From Verrucomicrobiota bacterium (GTDB taxonomy: Bacteria; Verrucomicrobiota; Verrucomicrobiia; Limisphaerales; UBA9464), in the NCBI GenBank assembly GCA_947471985.1, contig CANIZL010000003.1, positions 747 to 64,746 of the forward strand: a stretch of 64,000 nt of DNA, given 5' to 3'. Position numbers and translations under genes: made by a program. Below the pieces are notes generated by a model. That model was not told where the DNA came from, searched no databases, and saw only the letters and a list, made by a program, of their open reading frames with translations. This document shows positions 57,198 to 64,000 of this stretch, in pieces. The first letter of the stretch is position 1. Each line of letters opens with the position of its first letter.

Positions 57198-58049
57198 TCA
57201 GAACTCGGTGCCGATTTTGAAACGGATCTCCAGGCGTTCGCGATCGTCCAGATGCAGGCCGCCGGTGCGGGTCGCATCCGGCCAGCCGCAGATCTGCGGC
57301 AGGACCGTCAGCGTCGCGTAGAAGTGCTCCCCCGAGTAGTGCAGCGTCGGCCCGGCCGAGAAGGTGAGGTACTCACTGCGATTCAAATCGGCATCCACGA
57401 ACTCCGTGTCGAGGCGCGTTTCGACGCCGAGGAACCAATGATCAGCCAGTCGCCACGAGGCGCCCGCGGACCATTCCATCGACAGATTGGTCTCCCAATC
57501 GCCGCCGCGGTCCTTTTCGAATTCGGGTTCGAGCGTGTAGTTGAAAACCGTGATCAGGCGATTGGCGAAGAAGTTCTTTTGGAAGATCAACTTGCTCTCG
57601 AGTTCGATTTCATCGTGACGATCGCCGCTCGCCCGTTTGATGGTTTTGTAGCCGGGTTCAAAATACAGCGACAAGCCGAACGCGTCCTGCGCCGGATTGA
57701 AGATCTGATATTTCATTTCGAACGAGGTGCCGTTGAGTCCGAAACGATTGCGATCCGCAAACACCTCGGAGCTGCCGACGGCGTCGTGGGTGAAGTGGTA
57801 ATCGGTGAGCAGGTACGCCGCGACCTGGAAGCGATCGGTGACGCCGTACTCCAATTCGGTGGCGACATCCATGCCGAGGTACCGGCCGGCTTCCTTGCCG
57901 ACGCGGCTGGTGACCCATTGGGTGAGTTCCCATTCGCCCTTGGCTTCGCTCTGCGCCCCGCGCAGGTAGCCGAAGGGTTCCTCGTGGGCGAGGAGGGCCG
58001 CGTTCAACATGACGACCCCGAGACCGCCGAGAATGAACTTTCGTATCAT
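57198..58049 (-). CDS. Outer-membrane beta-barrel protein (hypothetical)
   Basis: 283 aa. Signal MIRKFILGGLGVVMLNAALLA, alternating amphipathic strands, and a C-terminal ...RFKIGTEF. Confidence 0.65.
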   Translation of the reverse strand: MIRKFILGGLGVVMLNAALLAHEEPFGYLRGAQSEAKGEWELTQWVTSRVGKEAGRYLGMDVATELEYGVTDRFQVAAYLLTDYHFTHDAVGSSEVFADRNRFGLNGTSFEMKYQIFNPAQDAFGLSLYFEPGYKTIKRASGDRHDEIELESKLIFQKNFFANRLITVFNYTLEPEFEKDRGGDWETNLSMEWSAGASWRLADHWFLGVETRLDTEFVDADLNRSEYLTFSAGPTLHYSGEHFYATLTVLPQICGWPDATRTGGLHLDDRERLEIRFKIGTEF

Positions 58050-58216
58050 AAGGGCCGGCAGGGTGGGGGGGCGGCCGCGACGGCGCTAACGGCCGGTTGC
58101 CATTTCCTGACGACGCCTTGCGGGGCGTTGTTGGGCGTTGCCGGGGCTTCCGGACTGCATTGTCCCAACGTTTCCCGGCTTTCGACTCCGGCTTCCTCCG
58201 CTAGCGTGGACGTTCC

Positions 58217-58645
58217 ATGAAAGATCGTGAATTCCAGCTGACGGATGTTGCCCGCGAAACGGCCTTCGCCGTGCATCGCTATCTTGGGCCCGGTCACTTG
58301 CCCGCGGTCTATGAAAACGCGCTGGTGCACCGCCTGCGCCGTGAGGGGTTCAGCGTGGAACAGCAAAAGGCGCTGACGGTGCACGACGAGGATGGAACGG
58401 TAATCGGGGAGTATTTCGCCGACATCGTGATGGAAGGGATCCTCCTGCTCGAAATCATGGTGAGCCCCGCGCTCTCGGAGGAGCACTACACGCCGATCCT
58501 CGGCTATCTGCGCGCCGCCCGTTTGGAACACGGCGCCCTCTTGAACTTCGGTGCGGCCAAATTTCAAATCCGCAAACTGGCCGTCTCCGAATCCCGCCAC
58601 CGCTCCGAGGGCGAGAGCGGCCGGCTGGGGCGGGATTTAGTCTGA
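58217..58645 (+). CDS. GxxExxY family protein (PD-(D/E)XK-like)
   Basis: 142 aa. AFAVHRYLGPGHLPAVYENALVHRLRREGFSVEQQ...GEYFADIVMEGILLLEI...LNFG matches the GxxExxY family pattern. Confidence 0.8.
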   Translation: MKDREFQLTDVARETAFAVHRYLGPGHLPAVYENALVHRLRREGFSVEQQKALTVHDEDGTVIGEYFADIVMEGILLLEIMVSPALSEEHYTPILGYLRAARLEHGALLNFGAAKFQIRKLAVSESRHRSEGESGRLGRDLV

Positions 58646-58735
58646 AATTCGGGAAAGCTTTATCCGAAGGAAATTAAGGGGACGTAGACTCGGAGAGTGT
58701 GCGAGGCTCGGCGTTTGCTGTTGGCTTTTTCCGCC

Positions 58736-60754
58736 TCATCTAGGCAGGCGTCTCGCGTGCCGCCACGTTTCGTCGAAGTAGCCGGCTGCGCGCACTTCTT
58801 CGGGAAAGTCCCGCATTCCGGGTTGCCACAATTCCGCACCGGGGCGGGCTTGCAACAGCGCCCAATCGCCGAGGCGCGGGAAAAGAAGATAGTTAAACGC
58901 GGCGAACTCGGCTTCGTGGAAGGTGTGGCCGCTGTTGAGGACCAGATAGTGTTCGCCGGCCCCGGGAAGCGGACTGGCACAGATGAGGGCGGGGACGTGA
59001 TCAGTGGACGACTCACGCCGGCCGCCCAAGGTTACCTGGTTGCGGGTCCAGGTCAGCGGGAGCCGCGGCAGTGCCTGGCGGATCCAGCGGTTGCTGCCGG
59101 GGTCGCCGAACAGAACCAGATGACGGGTGCGGATGTCCTCGTCGGTGACTTCAAAATCATTCTTCACGGGCAGATCGCCGCGCATGTAACGCGCCCATTC
59201 ATACGTGAAGCGCCGCAGGGTCGCGTCGGCCCAGGTGCCGATGGCGGGATTCCATGGCCGACCGGTGCCGCGCACGCAGAGGAACGGCGCGGTGAAGGCG
59301 TCGTCGATCGGGCCCGGCAATCCTGGGCGCTTGTCGGTTCGAGCGGGGGCATTGTCCGCGAGGGTGCAGCGCCAGTGGGCGTTGTGCCGCGTGAGAATCA
59401 GGGCGCGGGCGGCCGTGCCTGCGGGGCGTCGGGGCAGGCGGACTTCGCGTCCCCCGATCCGCAGTTTTGCATCAGCGGCGGACAGAATCGGCGGGTGCAG
59501 GGCGAACTGACGGATATTGCCGGTTTCCTGAATGTCCACGGAGCCGTCGTCGGCCACGTCGGCGATGAATTCCGTGCGCGCGTAGTGTTCCTGGAGAGCG
59601 AGCACTTCCAGCCAGTGGCAGCGATTGTATTTCAGCGTCCAGGTGACAAAGCGGAGGTGACGGGGCTGGGGATCGCGCCCGGCGGCGGCGTGTTCACCAA
59701 GGCGGCGCAGCTGTTCCCGGTGCGTGACCGGATCGATCACGTGCCCCGTGCCGGGCGAGATCAAATTGATCATCGGCAGGCCTTCCCGTGCCAGCGCTGC
59801 GCCCATGATCACGTGGGCTTGGAAGAAGACATCCTGATCGCCGATGGCCGCGATGGCGGGCACCATTCCGGCGTTGGCGGCGTAATCCACCGAGTCGAGC
59901 AGGTGCAGGCCCAACTCCTGATGCGGCGGCAGCGGGCCCACGCGGATGAATCCAGGGATCGGAGTCTCGGAAAAACGATGCGTGTCGACGTAGCCGCAGT
60001 AGGGACCGATCGCGACAAACCGATCCGGATGTTTTAAACCCAGATGCCAGGTGCCCGACGCGCCCATGGACATGCCGCGCAGGACAATGCGGTCGCGATC
60101 AATCCGGTAATTGCGACAGACGGCTTCGATGGCTTCGAAGACATCGGTTTCGCCGGCCCAACGATAGCAATTCTCCACCCGGCCCAGCGGGTGCACTTCG
60201 AGGTAGTCGACGTCCGGGCCGGTGCCGGGTCCGACGTCGCCGGTGGCGTCGTCAAAACGCGCGCCGAAATTCAATTCACTGAGCCCCACGGGCTGACTGC
60301 TTCCGTGCAGGACGACGTCGAGGCGGACGGGGCGTTGGTCATCATAGCCCGCGGGCACGAGGACGCCGTAGGGTTGAATGGAGCCGTCGACTCGGGAAAC
60401 AAAGCCACGGAGCACCCGTCCGCGACGAGTGCTCCACGGTGCCTGTTGATTCGCCAACGCGTCCGCCCGTTGCGTGCCGCGATCCAGGGCGCGGCGCAAG
60501 CGGACGATCTCATTGGAGCCCAGCTTGGGTTCATAGCGCAGCGCCCAAGTCACGGCTTTGGCAAACACACCGGCGTCGGCGGCCAGATCCGGGTTGGTAG
60601 ATGTGAGATTCGCCAGCCGCGATTGCAGGCGCGGCAGCTCGGCCTCCAGCGCCGCGATTGCGGCGGCGTTGGGATTGGGCGCGGCCAGCTCGCTCGCCCC
60701 GGCGAGGGGACGTAGTGCCATCAGAAATATCCAGCCAGCCAGCCACACCTTCAT
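58736..60754 (-). CDS. Secreted alpha/beta-hydrolase (S9 peptidase/esterase-like) protein
   Basis: ATG at 60754 gives the signal MKVWLAGWIFLMALRPLAGA; the longer ORF start at 60973 lies in the repeat array. Nucleophile elbow VLRGMSMGASGTWH, with a large C-terminal domain of unknown function. Confidence 0.65.
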   Translation of the reverse strand: MKVWLAGWIFLMALRPLAGASELAAPNPNAAAIAALEAELPRLQSRLANLTSTNPDLAADAGVFAKAVTWALRYEPKLGSNEIVRLRRALDRGTQRADALANQQAPWSTRRGRVLRGFVSRVDGSIQPYGVLVPAGYDDQRPVRLDVVLHGSSQPVGLSELNFGARFDDATGDVGPGTGPDVDYLEVHPLGRVENCYRWAGETDVFEAIEAVCRNYRIDRDRIVLRGMSMGASGTWHLGLKHPDRFVAIGPYCGYVDTHRFSETPIPGFIRVGPLPPHQELGLHLLDSVDYAANAGMVPAIAAIGDQDVFFQAHVIMGAALAREGLPMINLISPGTGHVIDPVTHREQLRRLGEHAAAGRDPQPRHLRFVTWTLKYNRCHWLEVLALQEHYARTEFIADVADDGSVDIQETGNIRQFALHPPILSAADAKLRIGGREVRLPRRPAGTAARALILTRHNAHWRCTLADNAPARTDKRPGLPGPIDDAFTAPFLCVRGTGRPWNPAIGTWADATLRRFTYEWARYMRGDLPVKNDFEVTDEDIRTRHLVLFGDPGSNRWIRQALPRLPLTWTRNQVTLGGRRESSTDHVPALICASPLPGAGEHYLVLNSGHTFHEAEFAAFNYLLFPRLGDWALLQARPGAELWQPGMRDFPEEVRAAGYFDETWRHARRLPR

Positions 60755-60850
60755 GCCGGAAACTTCCTCGGGAACCCGCGGATTCCAAAAGCGATTGCGG
60801 GAGCGGTGGCGATTATGGCCGGGGCTTTCAGATCTGAGGTGGATTGGGTG

Positions 60851-61228
60851 GGGCAAATACTGAACCTGGCACGAAGTTCCTACGGCTCGTTTAGGGAGCC
60901 TGCCCCCCCATTTCGCCGAAGCCGATTGGGGAACCTGGCACCTCATCCAACCCTCACTCCCACAGGGCGCCACCTTGAACTTGGCACACCATCCCGGGGG
61001 GGAAGCGCGCAGGGCAAATACTGAGCCTGGTACGAAGTTTTTACCGCCCGTTTAGCGAGCCTGCCCCCCCAGTTCGGCTGACCCCGATTAGGGAGCTTGG
61101 TACCCACTCCAACTTTCACGTCGCCAAGGCGTGACTTTGAGCTTGGCACGCCATTCGGGGGGGGGCGCGAAGGTCAAATTTTGAACTTGGGGCGGCGTTT
61201 GCACCCCCCCGTTTAGGGAGCCTGCCCC
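60851..61228. repeat. Diverged tandem array, about 2.4 units of 160-161 bp, built on a TGAACCTGGCAC-type core
   Basis: Units start at 60851, 61012 and 61172. The 12-mer variants are at 60861, 60930, 60976, 61022, 61092, 61138 and 61182. The conserved block CGTTTAG[GC]GAGCCTGCCCC occurs in all three units. C7 and G7-G9 tracts occur in units 1 and 2. Confidence 0.9.
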
Positions 61229-61370
61229 AAATTCAGCCGCGTGGGCGTCGGTACCGAAGGTCGGGTCAACCAATTGCAAGCCTCCGGAACCGGGTGGGAA
61301 ATGTTTTGCCTTGGTTCGCGAATGCCCGCTTTACCCGCGGTCGCGGGTGGGGCAGTATGCGCGCCTACCC

Positions 61371-62723
61371 ATGAAATCGCCGTCTCGCGCGCCGTCCCGG
61401 CGCCAGTTCCTCGGTCTCACCACCGCCGCGGCCGCCGCCACTGCCACGTTCGGTTTTCCCGCCGTGCTGGGCGCCGGTTCCCCCAATGCGAAATTGAACC
61501 TCGCCATCATCGGTTGTGGCGGGCGCGGCGCGGGCAACCTGGGCGAGGTCAGCGGGGAAAACATTGTCGCCTTGTGCGATGTCAATGAGCGCAATCTCGA
61601 CGCCGCGGCGAAGAAGTTTCCGAACGCCCGCAAGTACGTCGATTTCCGCCGGTTGTATGAGAATGCGAAGGACATCGATGCGGTCGTGGTCAGTTGTGCC
61701 GAACATACGCACGCCTTTGCCACCCTGCCGGCGCTGCAGATGCGCAAGCACGTCTATTGCGAGAAACCCCTGACGCATTCGGTCTGGGAGGCGCGGATCA
61801 TCACCGAGGCCGCCCGACGCGCCAAGGTGGCGACCCAGATGGGCACGCAGATCCATGCCGGCACGAATTACCGTCGGGTGGTGGAACTGGTGCAGAGCGG
61901 GGCGATCGGACCGGTGACCGAGGCGCATGTTTGGGTCGGCCGCGCCTGGGGCTTGCAGAGCGAGGCGGCGGCGAAGCGGAATCAGGACATCGTCTACGTG
62001 GCCGAACGTCCGCGGGAGGCGTCGCCGATTCCCGCCGGCCTGCATTGGGATCTCTGGCTGGGACCGGTGCCGGATCGGGCGTTCAACGACGTCTATTTTC
62101 CCGGACCGAAGTGGTATCGCTGGTGGGATTTCGGCGGCGGCACGATGAGCGATCTGGGCAGTCATTGGAACGATCTCCCGTTCTGGGCCCTGAAGCTGAA
62201 ACATCCGCTGACCATTGAAGCGAGCGGGCCGCCCCCGCACCCGGATTTGGCGCCGGCGTCCATGACGGCGACGTACGAATACGGCGCCCGCGACGGAATG
62301 CCGCCGGTCAAGCTCACCTGGTACCAGGGCGAGGAAAAGCCGGCCCTGTGGCGCGAAGGAAAGATCCCGCAATGGGAGAGCGGCGTACTGTTTGTCGGGA
62401 GCAAGGGCCAATTGTTGGCCGACTACGGCAAGCACCTCCTCTTGCCGGAGAATCAATTCAAGGATTTCGTCCGCCCGACCCCGTTTCTGGCGGACAGCCT
62501 CGGACACCACCGTGAATGGATTCAAGCCTGCAAGACCGGCTCCCCGACCACCTGCAGCTTCGACTACAGCGGCCCGCTGACGGAGGCGAATCATTTGGGC
62601 AACGTCGCCTACCGGGTCGGCAAGAAGCTGCACTGGGACCACGCCAAGCTCCGAGCCACCAACGCCCCCGAAGCCGCCCACTTCCTCCGCCGCGAATACC
62701 GCAAGGGGTGGAAACTGGCTTGA
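61371..62723 (+). CDS. Gfo/Idh/MocA family oxidoreductase with a twin-arginine signal
   Basis: ATG at 61371 inside ORF 61311..62723. [19 protein letters not shown], Rossmann [10 protein letters not shown], and EKPL. Confidence 0.88.
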   Translation: MKSPSRAPSRRQFLGLTTAAAAATATFGFPAVLGAGSPNAKLNLAIIGCGGRGAGNLGEVSGENIVALCDVNERNLDAAAKKFPNARKYVDFRRLYENAKDIDAVVVSCAEHTHAFATLPALQMRKHVYCEKPLTHSVWEARIITEAARRAKVATQMGTQIHAGTNYRRVVELVQSGAIGPVTEAHVWVGRAWGLQSEAAAKRNQDIVYVAERPREASPIPAGLHWDLWLGPVPDRAFNDVYFPGPKWYRWWDFGGGTMSDLGSHWNDLPFWALKLKHPLTIEASGPPPHPDLAPASMTATYEYGARDGMPPVKLTWYQGEEKPALWREGKIPQWESGVLFVGSKGQLLADYGKHLLLPENQFKDFVRPTPFLADSLGHHREWIQACKTGSPTTCSFDYSGPLTEANHLGNVAYRVGKKLHWDHAKLRATNAPEAAHFLRREYRKGWKLA

Positions 62724-62989
62724 TAGCGCACGGGAGACCGCGCGGACTCCTGGTTGGAGGCAGCACAAGGGTAATTCTTCGACACAACGAAGAACGGTCA
62801 CTGTGCCAGTTCCAGCGAAGCCTTGGTGGGCATTGTCTGGATTCACTCGCTGAACAAACCGGCCGGCCCGGTCAGTCCGGAGGGGATCCCCGCAGTGAAA
62901 ATGAATTCTAGTTTGGCCCTGGCGCCCGAAGGTGTTGCCCCCCTCCGTTGGTTTTCGGCGGGCGGCGGCGTTGTGTCCTTTCAATCCGC

Positions 62990-63724
62990 ATGAGTGCTTC
63001 CCGGTCCCCCGACGATTCAGTCGCGATTTTCCGCAAGTCCTGGACGCTTTACGACGCGATCACGGAGCGAAACTACATGTTCCACCGGGAGCTGTATGCG
63101 GAGGTGGCCGAGCAGGTGGCTCAGGTGGGACGATTCGGTCCGTTCCGCCTGCTGGATCTGGGCTGTGGCAATGCCCGCTTCCTGGCGCCGTGCTTGGCGG
63201 CGACGCCGCCGGTTCATTACGAGGGCGTGGATCTCTCCGCGGCGGCCCTGGCGGAGGCCCGCGAACATTTGAAAACGTTGCCGGCGGCCGTGTTCCACCA
63301 GCAGGACATGCTGCAGGCCCTGGAGGAGGGCGAGTCGACGTTCGAAATCCTCTTCAGCGGCTTTGCCGTGCACCATCTGGATTCCGCGGCCAAGCAACGG
63401 TTCTTCCACGCGGCCGCCCGTCGACTCAAGCGGGGCGGTCGATTCCTGTTGATGGATGTGGTGCGCGACGAGGGGCAATCTCGCGATGAGTACCTCCGCG
63501 ACTACCTCGGCTGGATGCGAACCACGTGGACGGAGATCCCGGTGGAGCAGTTGGAGGAAGCCTGCACCCACGTCGCGGCGTACGATCACCCGGAGCAGTT
63601 TTCCGACCTCGTTCAAATGGCGCGCCGGGCGGGCCTGACCGAAACACCGCTCCGGCACCGTTTCGAGCGGCACTATTTGGTGGGGTTTGTAGCCTTGGAA
63701 TCATCTCGTGTGAATAGTGAGTGA
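62990..63724 (+). CDS. Class I SAM-dependent methyltransferase
   Basis: ATG at 62990 inside ORF 62948..63724. Motif I LLDLGCGNARFL; post-I GVDLS; FSGFAVHHL. Confidence 0.8.
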   Translation: MSASRSPDDSVAIFRKSWTLYDAITERNYMFHRELYAEVAEQVAQVGRFGPFRLLDLGCGNARFLAPCLAATPPVHYEGVDLSAAALAEAREHLKTLPAAVFHQQDMLQALEEGESTFEILFSGFAVHHLDSAAKQRFFHAAARRLKRGGRFLLMDVVRDEGQSRDEYLRDYLGWMRTTWTEIPVEQLEEACTHVAAYDHPEQFSDLVQMARRAGLTETPLRHRFERHYLVGFVALESSRVNSE

Positions 63725-64000
63725 ATCAATTCAGCGCAGGAAACGCTTCACCGTATTGGTTTGCTGGTTCCCAATACTACACTCTGAAGGCAAGGGAAAT
63801 GTCCGGGATATAAATGCAGCCAACAGCAAGGGCGGAGGTGGATCCGCCCTTGCTGACCAGGCCCGGTTGGCTTTTCCCGTCCCGAATATAACGGGTAACC
63901 CCGTTCTGATATTACTGCCCCGTTCCACGAAACAGCTCAATCGTCATTACCATAGTCGTCTCGCTGAGGCCGATCAGCGGGGACAGCAACGGTTCGAGCA

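Noticed and set aside
378-61228. The TGGCAC cores of the repeat family look like sigma-54 -24 elements
   Set aside because: A sigma-54 promoter needs TGGCAC-N5-TTGC (GG-N10-GC). I checked every copy. The downstream sequences are CTAC, TTAG, TTTA, GCAG, GTTT, TCCT and CCAA at the -12 position. Where TTGC occurs (TGGCACGCCTTGC at 478-490, TGGCATCTTGC at 514-524) the spacing is 2-4 nt too short.
60851-61228. CRISPR array
   Set aside because: The repeat units are ~160 bp and diverged, with no short identical repeats separated by unique spacers. No cas genes are present in the window.
63937-64000. GGTTCGAGC at the right edge as a tRNA T-arm; a possible minus-strand CDS 3' end (…DDYGNDD*) at 63937-64000; and ORF 63731..63940 -
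   Set aside because: The ~55 nt upstream of the putative T-loop lack D-arm (AGC..GG.A) and acceptor features. The partial CDS shows only 20 codons, and the 69-aa ORF starts at a TTG with an odd composition. There is too little evidence to call any of them.
1-64000. Prophage, integrative element, transposon or defence island (restriction-modification, toxin-antitoxin, CBASS-like and similar)
   Set aside because: None of the translations show integrase, transposase, phage structural, nuclease/helicase defence or cyclase signatures. The only PD-(D/E)XK-like gene is a solitary GxxExxY protein.

Overview
The window is high-GC and densely coding. No rRNA or tRNA genes, CRISPR arrays, transposases or integrases were found. 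The gene content suggests a PVC-superphylum (Verrucomicrobia/Planctomycetes-like) chromosome; this is an inference from a giant 'membrane-bound dehydrogenase'-type protein, an ECF sigma paired with a Ser/Thr kinase-WD40 protein, a TAT-signal Gfo/Idh/MocA oxidoreductase, a fused ccoNO, and the near absence of Shine-Dalgarno sequences.

Contents from left to right:
- Housekeeping and metabolic genes: DUF4197, P450, glycerate kinase, PEP-hydrolase-like TIM barrel, TPR protein, dapF, DMFase-like secreted protein, ribH, ACT protein.
- Three consecutive, translationally coupled sensor kinases with no DNA-binding response regulator.
- A complete cbb3 oxidase cluster: ccoI-ccoS-ccoNO(fused)-ccoQ-ccoP-ccoG-fixH-tauE-like.
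- asnB.
- An accessory stretch at about 26.1-31.2 kb that looks more A/T-rich by eye and holds orphan secreted or small proteins, followed by a VOC/GNAT/ankyrin group and a 625-aa secreted repeat protein.
- An ECF sigma factor followed by a Ser/Thr kinase-WD40 gene that is split by a frameshift.
- panE, then a Cys-less DksA-like gene with rpmG and rpsR and a clean terminator.
- yjdM and an outer-membrane-protein (OMP) gene.
- A membrane protein / zinc-ribbon radical-SAM / Lgt-like / FkbM cluster.
- A 1129-aa SGNH + dehydrogenase-propeller + HEAT + cupredoxin protein, an enolase-superfamily enzyme and an SGNH hydrolase.
- A metal(loid) block: a CnrYXH-ordered ECF module with two small Cys/His/Met-rich secreted proteins, then arsR-aquaporin-arsC.
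- An OMP gene, a GxxExxY protein, an alpha/beta hydrolase, Gfo/Idh/MocA and a SAM methyltransferase.

The signal least explained by genes is a non-coding repeat family built on a TGAACCTGGCAC-type core. It forms a diverged ~160-bp tandem array at 60851-61228, five phased copies at 378-524, and a single copy at 28930-29002.

All calls come from reading the ORF translations and the DNA by eye. No searches or computations were run. Family names are recognitions from motifs, and start codons are often uncertain. Many long ORFs on the opposite strand of real genes are high-GC artefacts.
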